From Candidatus Altimarinota bacterium (lineage in GTDB: Bacteria > Patescibacteriota > Gracilibacteria > CAIRYL01 > GCA-016699755): a stretch of 64,000 nucleotides of DNA. The stretch lies in assembly GCA_963664295.1 (NCBI GenBank), contig OY760935.1, positions 448,001 through 512,000 on the forward strand. The letters run 5' to 3'. This document shows positions 10,273-20,638 of the stretch, in pieces. Both the position numbers and the translations under genes were made by a program. Position 1 is the stretch's first letter. The number at the start of each line of letters is the position of its first letter. The notes under the pieces were generated by a model. The model saw only the letters and a program-made list of their open reading frames with translations, was not told where the DNA came from and ran no database searches.

Positions 10273-11272
10273 AACAGTAATAGTCACTGGTGGCGCTGGA
10301 TTTATTGGATCGAACTTTGTTCACCATATAAAAGAAAAATATCCTGATTGGAAACTTGTTGTTTTTGATGCACTTACCTATGCTGGAAATTTAGAAAACT
10401 TAAAAGGCGTAGAACACGAATTTATACAAGGAGATATTGCCAATAAGGCTGAAGTTGATAGTTTATTTGAAAAATACAAACCAAATTTTGTGCTCAATTT
10501 TGCAGCAGAAACACATGTAGATAGATCCATTCTTGGTCCTGATGTTTTTTTAGAAACCAATGTAAGAGGTACATATAATTTACTAGAAGCTAGTAAAAAT
10601 TATAATATTGAACGCTACTTGCAAGTTTCTACTGACGAGGTTTATGGTGATCTTGGCGATAACTCAACTAACTTATTTACAGAAACAACTCCAATTGATC
10701 CAAATTGTCCTTATGCCACCTCCAAAGCCTCTGCTGATCTTTTTGTGCGTTCTTATTTTGAAACCTATAAAACACCAATAGTAATTACTCGCTGTAGTAA
10801 TAATTACGGCCCTTATCAATTTCCTGAAAAACTAATTCCTTTTTTTATTTTTCGTGCCCTTAACAATGAGCCTTTGCCACTTTATGGCGATGGTAAAAAT
10901 ATTCGTGACTGGCTTTTTGTGCGTGATCATTGCAAAGCCATTGAAACTGTTTTATTAAATGGTCGTCTTGGTGAAGTTTATAATATTGGTGGCAATAATG
11001 AAAAAAGTAATATTGAAATTGCAGAAATAATATTAAACCGCTTAGGTAAACCAAAAACACTAATTACATTTATAGAAGATCGCAAAGCACATGACAGAAG
11101 ATATGCCATGGATGCAACAAAAATAAAAAATGAGCTTGGCTGGGTACCAGAACATTCTTTTGAAGAATGGATTGATGAAACAGTCAATTGGTACTTAAAC
11201 AATAAAAAATGGGTTGAAAATTGCTCAAAAAAAGCCCAAGATTTCATAGAACAAAATTTAAAAAACAGATAA
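10262..11272 (+). CDS. rfbB: dTDP-glucose 4,6-dehydratase
   Basis: VTGGAGFIGSNF, AAETHVDRSI, STDEVYG, RCSNNYGPYQFPEKLIP, HDRRYA. Confidence 0.97.
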   Translation: MTNKTVIVTGGAGFIGSNFVHHIKEKYPDWKLVVFDALTYAGNLENLKGVEHEFIQGDIANKAEVDSLFEKYKPNFVLNFAAETHVDRSILGPDVFLETNVRGTYNLLEASKNYNIERYLQVSTDEVYGDLGDNSTNLFTETTPIDPNCPYATSKASADLFVRSYFETYKTPIVITRCSNNYGPYQFPEKLIPFFIFRALNNEPLPLYGDGKNIRDWLFVRDHCKAIETVLLNGRLGEVYNIGGNNEKSNIEIAEIILNRLGKPKTLITFIEDRKAHDRRYAMDATKIKNELGWVPEHSFEEWIDETVNWYLNNKKWVENCSKKAQDFIEQNLKNR

Positions 11273-11295
11273 TTTAAAAAATTTTTAATAAAAAC

Positions 11296-11856
11296 ATGTT
11301 TAAGCAAATAATTATATCACTTAGTTTAGCTTTTTCTCTTACTGGCTGTGCTGATCAAAACCCAACAAAAGAAGAAATACCTAACCCTGACCCAATAGCA
11401 GAAAAACCTGCAATAGAAAAAGAAATAGAAACTCCAAAACCAGAGGAAAAAGAAGTTGTGGTGACCCCAAAACAACCAAACACAGAAACAATCGGGGGCA
11501 TAAACAAAGACTCAGGCCTTGAAGATTTTAAAGGTAAACCATCAGTAATTATGATTGTAGGAACCTACTGTGGTCACTGCCAAAGATCTGTTCCTAGCTT
11601 TGAAGAAGAAATTTGGAAAAATTACCACGAACAAGCCAATCTTTGGGTTAATGTGATTGATGGTAAATATTTTGCTGTTTATGATGTAGCTCAAGGCTTA
11701 AATAGAAATCTAAGTTATCAAGGAATTACTGGCGAAGAATGTGGTTATATTCCTTCCTGGGTTTTACTTGATAAAGAAGGAGTTGTTGTTATGAGCTCTT
11801 GTGGCAACAAAAAAAGTATGACTGAAATGGAAGAAGCTCTGAAAGAGCTAATCTAA
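11296..11856 (+). CDS. Thioredoxin-fold lipoprotein (CGHC)
   Basis: Lipobox LTGC, Pro/Glu-rich linker, YCGHC, YIPSW cis-Pro motif. Confidence 0.75.
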   Translation: MFKQIIISLSLAFSLTGCADQNPTKEEIPNPDPIAEKPAIEKEIETPKPEEKEVVVTPKQPNTETIGGINKDSGLEDFKGKPSVIMIVGTYCGHCQRSVPSFEEEIWKNYHEQANLWVNVIDGKYFAVYDVAQGLNRNLSYQGITGEECGYIPSWVLLDKEGVVVMSSCGNKKSMTEMEEALKELI

Positions 11857-14800
11857 AATAATGCTTCAACTTTTTTCATAAGTTCCTCACAAGCAAGATA
11901 TTGAGCAATAGTATGCTTATCTTTTCCCTTACCTCTTAGCTCTAAGTACTTTTGATAATGAGGATCATTTTTCATTAAATTTAAATCACCTAATTTTTTC
12001 ATATAATCTTCATATCGATCAAAAAACGGTTGCAAAAGCTCATCTCCTTCCCATGCTTCTGTGTTTCCAAACCATTTTTTTGCCCAGCTCCACTGATAAG
12101 CAGTCTCAAAATTAATTTCAGATGAAATATTATACTTGCTTCTCATTTGCAAATAAATTGCCTCCAAAGTTGGCCTTATCTCATCTTTTCTAGTAGGACT
12201 AGCGCTATGATATTCATGCATCATATTATCAAGACCTTTCAAAAAAGGTTTATATTTATCATCTCCTTCTAATGCCTCTAAAGGCTCTTCTCGTTTAACA
12301 GGAGCACCATCCTGAACTTCATAGTTTTTCAAAAAATAATCAGTAAGCTCATAAGCAACTAATGCTTTTAATACTCTATCTGAACAATATTTATATGCCG
12401 CACTTATCTCTAGCTCAAAATAATGCACATCTTCACCATACATATTCTGCTCTGTATGCACATTAGATATTTTTACCAATTCATCACCTATGTCTTCTCT
12501 GCCTAATCTTTCTGCAAACTCTCCTTCATATTTATTAAACCAACCAATATTTCTTTCTTTTCTAGGAAACCTTATATCACCAAAAGCTTCTAGGCTACCA
12601 ATAAACCTGCCATTGAGAAAACTTTTTACAGACCTTAAGTTTCTAGTAGGTAATTCTGAAGCTCCTGCAATATCAAAGCGTATTTCTTCAAATACTTGCT
12701 CTTCCGACAAATCAATATTAAATCTTCTATCTTGATCATCCATAATGCCATCTCTATCAGTATCTCTAAATCTCAAATTTTCCCTTTCATCAGGCCACAT
12801 AAGATTGCCTTCATCATGATCTCTGCCACTATTTGTATAGTTCAAAATTTCATATCTTTTATATAAATCTTCCCTCATTTCTTTGTATGTTTTTCTTTTT
12901 GTCATGCCTCGAATGAGAGTATCAAGTGCATAAGCATCATCATTACCACGAGTCATTCTTCTGTTTCCAAAAAAATGTGCTTTTGGAAACAAATATTTAA
13001 CATCCGGAGCATAGTAACTCATACTACTACAAGCCGCAAAAAACACCTGTTTATAAAGATCTATATTTCTTTCTCCTTTTGGAGCACTATTTATACTTTG
13101 TGCTAGCTCATTTCCTCCTCCAGCATGACCAAAATAAACAATTCCATCAATTTCTTCATTATTGATCATATCAAATACATTATTTTCAAAACCCTGCTTT
13201 TTTAAACTAGGCTTCACAATCTGCAATTCAATTTCCACTCCATTTAAAGTTTTTTGATATAAATAAAGCTCTTTTCCTTCGCCATTTGCAACTTTCGTCA
13301 CCAAATAGCCTTTTTTATTAACTTTACCCAAAGTTGGTTTGCCTAAAATCTGCGCTTGCCATTGTTCAAAAAAAGGCTGACTCAAAAAATTAATTCTATA
13401 AGTAATTTTTCCATCTTTTAAAATCTCATCATAATTTGGAGATTTAGGTAATATATTTTCTATTTCATTATCTACATAATCTTTTAAGTGCTGATTTTCA
13501 ATCCATCTTTCTTTTGATACCAATATTTGGTTAATCAGACCCCCTATTCTCTTATCAGATTTTATAATTTTCAATAATCTATCCACATATTTACTATCCC
13601 CAGGTGCACGACTGGAAAGCGTCATAACCATTGAAACAAAAGAATAAGTCACCTGGCTTTCGATCTCAGCCATGGTCTCAAACGAAATTTCTTTATTTTT
13701 ATTAATCTCAAAACTATCTTTTTCTTCAAAAAAACCAAACATAATTTCAATAATTTCATCATGAAACCTGCTAAAATCTTCATAATAAATCAATTGACCC
13801 AATTTATCAAAAGCATTTTGTGTAGTTTTTTTATCACTTGAACTTCTAACCACATCAAGTGTTTTTGTTATAATTTCTTCTTGTATTTCTGGTGGCACAA
13901 ACCTCAGTGTTCTCACATCTGACATAAATGAATAAATACGACCCCTCTCTTCATCTGTAAACTCATCTAAACGATCATAAAGCATTATTAATAACTCTTT
14001 TTTAACCTCCTTAGGCACCACAAAATCAGGATCAAGGATAAGATGTAATATTTTTCCTAGAATTATTTCATTGATTTCTTCTCCGCAACAATTAATTTGT
14101 TTACCCATATACTCTTTTACAATTTTTCTGCGATTCTCATCCCTCATCCTAAGTATATTAGCCAAGTGATCAACACTACTTGTAATAGATGTTTTTAATA
14201 TTATTTTTTCTTCATGATCTTTGGTTTCATTAAATCTTTTTATGTTTCCATCCAGGCCTTTTAATAATTTTTTCTTTTGATTTTCTGAGACTTTATCAAA
14301 ATATTGTGGTCTAAACAAAAAATCCAATAAATCCAAACTTCCTTTAAATTTACGACCTTTTTTCCCTAAATAAAAATCAATAAGCAAAGACAAAAAACTT
14401 TCTATACCCTTTTCAAGTGCTGGTTTTAATTCTTTTTCTGTTATTTCAACAGAAAAAATATTTTTTAAAAAATAAAAATCTTTTTCAAAAAAATCTCTAA
14501 CCAAAAATTTATCTTTTATGCTATCAATTTTATCAGCAACATTATTGGTAAATTCTTCTCTTGATGCAACAGGCTTATTGCTAACACTATACATCAATTG
14601 ACCATCTTTATATTTTACTGTACCAAGTGAGATCTTTTGGCGATCATGAATAAATCCTACTTTGACTAAAAAATATCCATCTCCATCACGCATATCAAAA
14701 TAAGCTGATTCTTCAAATTGAACATAAGTTCCGCTATAGCCTATATCTAAAAATTGTTTTTCCAATAAATCCTCCTCTCTCATAAGTAAAGTTTTTTCAT

Positions 14801-16883
14801 TTTCACATTCTTTTTCCCATTCAGCTTTTTCTTCCTGAAAACTAACCTGCACACTCCTAAGCCATTCTTCTATTTCTGCATGATGAGTAATAAAATCATC
14901 GGTTGTTTTTAGTTTACTTTCAAATTTCTCAACAAATTCATCTCCTAATTTTTGTGAACTATAATGAAGCACTCTTTCGCCATGCTGTGTTGAAGTAGAT
15001 ATGCCGGCAAAAAGATTCATTTTTCTAAAAGCTAACTGCGAACCATTAAAAACAAGCGGAAATTCCAATCTAAACATTTCGCTTTTAACATAAAGAGCAT
15101 AGCCCTTGCCATATACGTTGTAATTATGCTGAACATTAAGTTTAAAATTAAAAATTTCAAACTTATTATTAAGCATGTTTACAAACTCATTACATTTTGC
15201 AGTTATTTTTCTCTCTTTTTCTTTGGCCTCTTCAGCTTGCTTGTACGTTTTCTCTTCTTTTGACTCAATAATGTGAATAATTTTTCGCAAAAATTCATAA
15301 TTTGTGAGCTCATCAACAGTTTGCTGGATAGTCGTAATACCTCCTTCAATAAATAATTCTTTTATCTCTGGTGAAATTCTAGTAATTTTTTCAGTTTCAA
15401 AATCAAAAGTTATGCCAACAGCAGCGCGCTCGCTAAAACCTGAACCTAAATATTTATACAAAGTAATACTATTGTCATCGGCAAAAAAATGTAAATCTCT
15501 TGCATGTCTTTCTATGTATCTTCCTATTTTTTTTAAGGAAGAACGTGTTTCTATTTTTCTTTTAGCTTCCTTAATATCAGAAGCATAAGTATGAATGTCT
15601 TTTATATTCTTAAAACCTTTTTTCTTTAAAAGCTTATAAATATATGATGTCTCACCCCATACTAAATCTTCAGTCTCTTGATAATCTATATTCAAATCTT
15701 CATCTACCATAAAAACAATATTGTTAATAAGAATTCCATTTTTTCTATATTCGCTAGTGCCAAGATAAATACCTTTGATAGGATCTTTGCGAAATTCTGT
15801 TATAAAATCTGCTATAGCACTTTCAGTTTTTACTAAGTCAAGCTCTTCTTTTATTATATCATTAACACTTGTTTCTTTTTTTACTAAAAGTTCTGTATTG
15901 CTATCAACAAACTGCTTTAACGATTCATTTGTATTATAACTTGAATGTTTATGTAAAACAGAAATTAAGCCTTTTTTATTTCTACCCTCTTCAGATATAA
16001 ATATTGTTGCAATATCTAAAACAACAGAGGTATCATCCACAAAAAACAAATCTTGCGCCTTATAATAATACATTCTGCTAAAAAAAGTTTCTAATTGATC
16101 TTTTGATAAATATTCAGCATATTGAATTAAAGCATTGGGCTTCATGAGAGCCATTTTTACTACCAAATAATCAAAAAAACCATTTACAGAAAGACTTGAG
16201 TGACAAGCGTCTCTAATTTTTGGGTTTCTATAATTTGTTAAAAATTGCTCCAATGAATCTATATCAACTTGATTCCCTTTAATAAAAAAATCTTTTTTGG
16301 TGTTTTTTGCAAGTGCCCCGATTTCATCAAGCGGAAACCAGCTAAACATTATAATAAGCCTCTGTTTTTCCTGAGGAGTAAAAAACTCATCTCCTCCCTC
16401 AAAAGGAACCATTTTATCCACATAAAGAGGACAAAACCATTCTTGCACCAAAAAATCAAAACCTTCTTTTTCAAAATATTCACTTGTTTCTAAGTATTCA
16501 CTTTTAAATTCAGTATTTTTTTCACCACTCTTATACTCACTAATATCTAACCCTAATTCTTTAATAATTTTTTTTACGCTTTCTAATAACAATTTTTGTT
16601 CTGAGTTTAATTGAGTTTTTTCCAACTGAGAAATTTGTGTTAAATAAAGCTTAAATCTTGTTTCAGTTTGCTCTAATAAGGTTTTTTCTTGTTTTTCTGC
16701 TGATTCTAATTTTTTATCTATATCACTTACTTTGTCTGTGTTTTTATCAAAATTTTCAAGGCTTTTGCGTAATTCTTTCAATCTTTCTTTAGTTGCTTTT
16801 TCTGGCAAGCCCAAAAATCCCTCACCTGGAGACTGATTTTGCTTAAAAATTAATCTTTGCTCATTAAAAAATCTATTCTTCAT
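11853..16883 (-). CDS. 1676-aa hypothetical protein with a putative clan CD (caspase-fold) peptidase motif and a DxDxDG Ca-binding motif
   Basis: Long uninterrupted ORF; GIVYFGHAG...VFFAACSS; DTDRDGIMDDQD. Confidence 0.6.
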   Translation of the reverse strand: MKNRFFNEQRLIFKQNQSPGEGFLGLPEKATKERLKELRKSLENFDKNTDKVSDIDKKLESAEKQEKTLLEQTETRFKLYLTQISQLEKTQLNSEQKLLLESVKKIIKELGLDISEYKSGEKNTEFKSEYLETSEYFEKEGFDFLVQEWFCPLYVDKMVPFEGGDEFFTPQEKQRLIIMFSWFPLDEIGALAKNTKKDFFIKGNQVDIDSLEQFLTNYRNPKIRDACHSSLSVNGFFDYLVVKMALMKPNALIQYAEYLSKDQLETFFSRMYYYKAQDLFFVDDTSVVLDIATIFISEEGRNKKGLISVLHKHSSYNTNESLKQFVDSNTELLVKKETSVNDIIKEELDLVKTESAIADFITEFRKDPIKGIYLGTSEYRKNGILINNIVFMVDEDLNIDYQETEDLVWGETSYIYKLLKKKGFKNIKDIHTYASDIKEAKRKIETRSSLKKIGRYIERHARDLHFFADDNSITLYKYLGSGFSERAAVGITFDFETEKITRISPEIKELFIEGGITTIQQTVDELTNYEFLRKIIHIIESKEEKTYKQAEEAKEKERKITAKCNEFVNMLNNKFEIFNFKLNVQHNYNVYGKGYALYVKSEMFRLEFPLVFNGSQLAFRKMNLFAGISTSTQHGERVLHYSSQKLGDEFVEKFESKLKTTDDFITHHAEIEEWLRSVQVSFQEEKAEWEKECENEKTLLMREEDLLEKQFLDIGYSGTYVQFEESAYFDMRDGDGYFLVKVGFIHDRQKISLGTVKYKDGQLMYSVSNKPVASREEFTNNVADKIDSIKDKFLVRDFFEKDFYFLKNIFSVEITEKELKPALEKGIESFLSLLIDFYLGKKGRKFKGSLDLLDFLFRPQYFDKVSENQKKKLLKGLDGNIKRFNETKDHEEKIILKTSITSSVDHLANILRMRDENRRKIVKEYMGKQINCCGEEINEIILGKILHLILDPDFVVPKEVKKELLIMLYDRLDEFTDEERGRIYSFMSDVRTLRFVPPEIQEEIITKTLDVVRSSSDKKTTQNAFDKLGQLIYYEDFSRFHDEIIEIMFGFFEEKDSFEINKNKEISFETMAEIESQVTYSFVSMVMTLSSRAPGDSKYVDRLLKIIKSDKRIGGLINQILVSKERWIENQHLKDYVDNEIENILPKSPNYDEILKDGKITYRINFLSQPFFEQWQAQILGKPTLGKVNKKGYLVTKVANGEGKELYLYQKTLNGVEIELQIVKPSLKKQGFENNVFDMINNEEIDGIVYFGHAGGGNELAQSINSAPKGERNIDLYKQVFFAACSSMSYYAPDVKYLFPKAHFFGNRRMTRGNDDAYALDTLIRGMTKRKTYKEMREDLYKRYEILNYTNSGRDHDEGNLMWPDERENLRFRDTDRDGIMDDQDRRFNIDLSEEQVFEEIRFDIAGASELPTRNLRSVKSFLNGRFIGSLEAFGDIRFPRKERNIGWFNKYEGEFAERLGREDIGDELVKISNVHTEQNMYGEDVHYFELEISAAYKYCSDRVLKALVAYELTDYFLKNYEVQDGAPVKREEPLEALEGDDKYKPFLKGLDNMMHEYHSASPTRKDEIRPTLEAIYLQMRSKYNISSEINFETAYQWSWAKKWFGNTEAWEGDELLQPFFDRYEDYMKKLGDLNLMKNDPHYQKYLELRGKGKDKHTIAQYLACEELMKKVEALF

Positions 16884-16895
16884 TTTTTTAAAAAA

Positions 16896-17045
16896 CTAAT
16901 CAGAAATATTATTAAGATCACTGTCTAGTTGAATTTCTTTTAATCTGTCTTCAACTAAGTCCAGTTTTTTATTTATTTTTCTCAATTTTTTAATATTATT
17001 TTGTTTTTTTTGCAATAATTCTTCTTTTTGCTTTTCATTAGTCAT
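16896..17045 (-). CDS. small coiled-coil hypothetical protein (49 aa)
   Basis: Manual translation MTNEKQKEELLQKKQNNIKKLRKINKKLDLVEDRLKEIQLDSDLNNISD*; ends 12 bp before the 1676-aa gene. Confidence 0.55.
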   Translation of the reverse strand: MTNEKQKEELLQKKQNNIKKLRKINKKLDLVEDRLKEIQLDSDLNNISD

Positions 17046-17176
17046 TTTTTTGTTTTTATATCATAATATTTTAACATAAAAATACAAAAAAAGCAATAAT
17101 ACAGCAAAAATATACCTAATAATTGATAAATAGCTTTATTTAGGGTATAATTTAAAGAATAATAAATAAAATAAAA

Positions 17177-19798
17177 ATGCAAAAAATATGGCAAAAAAAT
17201 CCAACTGAAGTTTTTGACAACTTTGCAAAAAAATCACAATTCAATCAAGGATTAAGCACAAAAGAAGCAAAAGAAAACTTCTTAAAATATGGAGAAAATA
17301 AAATTCCAGAGAAAAAAAGATCGCTAATAAAAATGTTTTTATCGCAATTTGCTAATTTTTTAATTGGTATTTTATTTATTGCATTAGTTATTTCTATTGT
17401 TATTCCTTTTTTTGAACACAAAAATCCAACAATAATCAATTTTGCTGACGCAATTGTAATTGGCGCTATTATGATTGTTAATGCACTTTTTGGCTTTTGG
17501 GAAGAATTTAAAGTTGAAAAAGAAATAGAAACCTTAAGCCAGTTATCAAGCCCAAAAACCAAAGTATTGCGTGATGGCGAAGTAAAAATTATTGACTCAT
17601 CTCAAATAGTTCCTGGGGATATTATTATTTTTGAAGAAGGTGATCAAGTCTCTGCTGATGCCAGAATTATTGAATCAATTAATATGCTTGTTAATGAGTC
17701 TCTTTTAACTGGTGAATCTGCACCTGTGTCTAAGTTTATTAAAAAAATTTCACAAGAAAAATTAGCACTTGCTGATCAACTTAACATTGCCTTTGCTGGC
17801 ACACAAGTCATTCGCGGACATGGCAAAGCAGTTGTTTATGGCACTGGTATAAATACAGAAATTGGCAAAATTGCCACTCTTGTTTCTGAGAGCACAAAAA
17901 TTGAAACTCCTCTACAAAGAAAAATTAAAAAACTGAGTAAATTCCTTGGAGCTGTTGTTTTAGCGATTTGTGCTGTGATTTTCATAATTGGACTTATCTT
18001 TAATAAACCTTTGATTGAAATTTTTCTTCTTTCTGTTGCTTTGACAGTTTCGGCTGTACCAGAAGGTTTACCAGCGGTAATTACAATTTCTTTGGCACTG
18101 GGAGCAAAAAAAATGCTTGAAAAAAATGTATTGGTACGCAAATTAGAGTCTATTGAAAACCTTGGTGCTATAAATGTAATTTGTAGCGACAAAACAGGCA
18201 CAATCACAAAAAATCAAATGGAGCTTCAAAAATATTATTGTGAAGGTGAAATATATCAAGCTAATGAGATTGCAAAAAATAAAAAAAGTTTTGATCAAAT
18301 TATAGAAGTAGCTATTAATTGTAACTCTGTAATTTCTGAAGAAATTGGTGATCCAACAGAAGTTGCTCTTTATGTTTATGCAAAAGAGCAAAAAGCAAAA
18401 AAATATGAAAAAATAGATGAAATCCCCTTCTCATCAGAAGACAAATTCATGGCAACCATGCACAAAATCGATGGTGAACACATTATTTACAAAAAAGGAG
18501 CTATTGAGGTTGTGCTTAAGGAATGCGAAAAAACCTTAGAAAAAGGCAAAATTCGTAATTTTAAAACAAAAGAAAAAGAAAAAATATTTTCACTAGCAGA
18601 AGAATTAGCAAAAGAAAATTACCGTATTCTTGCTTTTTCATACAAAACAACAAACAAAAATGAAATAAAAGAACATGAACACGAGATGATATTTGCTGGC
18701 TTTGTTTGTTTAATGGATCCTCCACGACCACACGCAAAAAAATCTATTGCTGAAGCAAAAAGCGCAGGAATAAGAACAATAATGATAACTGGAGACAATA
18801 TTACAACAGCCAAAGCAATAGCAAATAGCGTAGGAATTGAGGGCGAAGGAATGACTGGACAAGAGCTAGAAGAATTGAGCGAAAAAGAACTAGAAAAAAA
18901 ATTAAAAACATACTCTATTTTTGCCAGAGTAAACCCAGAACACAAAATGCGCATTTTAAAAGCTTTACAAAAAAAAGGATTAGTTGTTTCTATGACTGGA
19001 GATGGAGTAAACGACGCACCAGCTTTAAAAAGTGCTGATGTTGGCGTTGCCATGGGCAATAAAGGCACAGACACAGCCAGAGCAGCCTCAGACATCATTC
19101 TCCTTTATGATGATTTTTCTGATATTCCGCGAGGCATATTCACAGGTAGAACAATTGATGATAATATTCAAAAATTCATAGTTTTTCTTTTATCTTGCAA
19201 CTTTAAAGAAATAATTATCGTACTTTTTTCTATTCTTTTTGCCTTACCACTCCCCTTTCTGCCTATTCATATTTTGTGGCTTAATCTCGTCACAGACAGC
19301 TTTCCAGCTCTTGCACTTTCTAATGAACCAGCAGAAAAAGACATCAAAACCCGTCCACCAAAAAAGCGTAATGAAAGTATTTTTGAAGGCAAAAAAGCAT
19401 ATATTATTTTTGCTACTCTTATTGGTTCAATTGTTGTAATTTTAAGTTTTGCAATGTTCTCAAATTGGTTTAGTGATTTCAGTAGCATAAATCACATTCG
19501 TTCTGCTGTTATTTTACAGGCTATTTTCCTTGAAATGCTTTTTGTTTTTTCTGTACGTACTGATGATTTTATTTTCAATAAACACTTTTTCACAAATAAA
19601 TATCTACATGCTTCCGTTGTATTGGTTATTTGTTTGCACTTTATATTAATGAGCACACCTATATTGTCGCAATTTTTCCAAATTGAAATGCTGACATCAT
19701 CAGAAATTTTATTAATTTTAATCTTAGCACTAATTGGAGTTCTTGCTCTTGAAATAATAAAATTTTTCTCAAAAAAACTAAAATGCGCTAAAATTTAG
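17177..19798 (+). CDS. Cation-transporting P-type ATPase (P2/Ca2+-type)
   Basis: LTGES, PEGLP, DKTGT, MITGD, GDGVNDAPAL, ILWLNLVTD. Confidence 0.95.
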   Translation: MQKIWQKNPTEVFDNFAKKSQFNQGLSTKEAKENFLKYGENKIPEKKRSLIKMFLSQFANFLIGILFIALVISIVIPFFEHKNPTIINFADAIVIGAIMIVNALFGFWEEFKVEKEIETLSQLSSPKTKVLRDGEVKIIDSSQIVPGDIIIFEEGDQVSADARIIESINMLVNESLLTGESAPVSKFIKKISQEKLALADQLNIAFAGTQVIRGHGKAVVYGTGINTEIGKIATLVSESTKIETPLQRKIKKLSKFLGAVVLAICAVIFIIGLIFNKPLIEIFLLSVALTVSAVPEGLPAVITISLALGAKKMLEKNVLVRKLESIENLGAINVICSDKTGTITKNQMELQKYYCEGEIYQANEIAKNKKSFDQIIEVAINCNSVISEEIGDPTEVALYVYAKEQKAKKYEKIDEIPFSSEDKFMATMHKIDGEHIIYKKGAIEVVLKECEKTLEKGKIRNFKTKEKEKIFSLAEELAKENYRILAFSYKTTNKNEIKEHEHEMIFAGFVCLMDPPRPHAKKSIAEAKSAGIRTIMITGDNITTAKAIANSVGIEGEGMTGQELEELSEKELEKKLKTYSIFARVNPEHKMRILKALQKKGLVVSMTGDGVNDAPALKSADVGVAMGNKGTDTARAASDIILLYDDFSDIPRGIFTGRTIDDNIQKFIVFLLSCNFKEIIIVLFSILFALPLPFLPIHILWLNLVTDSFPALALSNEPAEKDIKTRPPKKRNESIFEGKKAYIIFATLIGSIVVILSFAMFSNWFSDFSSINHIRSAVILQAIFLEMLFVFSVRTDDFIFNKHFFTNKYLHASVVLVICLHFILMSTPILSQFFQIEMLTSSEILLILILALIGVLALEIIKFFSKKLKCAKI

Positions 19799-19801
19799 CG
19801 T

Positions 19802-20578
19802 ATGAAAATAATAACTTGGAATGTAAATGGTGTTCGTGCAATTTATAAAAAAGGTTTTTCAGATTGGCTAAAAAAAGAAAATGCGGATATTGTTTGCCTT
19901 CAGGAAACAAAAGCAGATCCAAAAATATTATCTGATGAATTCAAAAAACCATTAGATTATTTTTCATATTGGAATAATGGCTCAAAAAGCGGTTATTCCG
20001 GAGTTGTCACTTATTCCAAAGTTCAACCCTTGGAAATCACGAATAAATTTCCAAAAACACCCGAATTTCACGAAGAAGGGCGTGTTGTTGAGACAAAATA
20101 TTCTGATTTTACCTTATTAAATATTTATTTCCCCAATGGTGGTACTCGTGCAGATGGTACAGAAATGTTGAGTTATAAACTAAGATTTTATGATTTATTT
20201 ATTGATTATGTGCAAAAAAAGCACAAAAAGGGCGAAAGCGTGATTATTTGCGGTGATTTTAATATCGCTCACACAGAAATAGACATTGCCCGCCCCAAAG
20301 AAAATGAACATTCAATTGGCTTTTTGCCAGAAGAAAGAATAAAGCTGGATAAGCTTATTAAAACTGGCTTTGTTGATATTTTTCGCTGGAAAAATCCCAA
20401 GCTAAAGGATCAATATACTTGGTGGTCATATAGAACTCGTGCCAGAGAGCGTAATGTTGGCTGGAGACTAGATTATTTTTTTGTTTCTCCTGATTTAAAA
20501 AAACGAATAAAAAAAATTGAGATTTTGACTGATGTAATGGGCTCAGACCACTGTCCTGTATTGTTAGAAATTAATTAA
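19802..20578 (+). CDS. xth: Exodeoxyribonuclease III
   Basis: TWNVNG, LQETK, GDFNIAH, YTWWSYR, GWRLDY, SDHCP. Confidence 0.96.
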   Translation: MKIITWNVNGVRAIYKKGFSDWLKKENADIVCLQETKADPKILSDEFKKPLDYFSYWNNGSKSGYSGVVTYSKVQPLEITNKFPKTPEFHEEGRVVETKYSDFTLLNIYFPNGGTRADGTEMLSYKLRFYDLFIDYVQKKHKKGESVIICGDFNIAHTEIDIARPKENEHSIGFLPEERIKLDKLIKTGFVDIFRWKNPKLKDQYTWWSYRTRARERNVGWRLDYFFVSPDLKKRIKKIEILTDVMGSDHCPVLLEIN

Positions 20579-20638
20579 CAATCTAAATTGCAAATAAACC
20601 TGCTCCCTTTTCTGCTATTCCGAGTTAACCTGTCTTTT

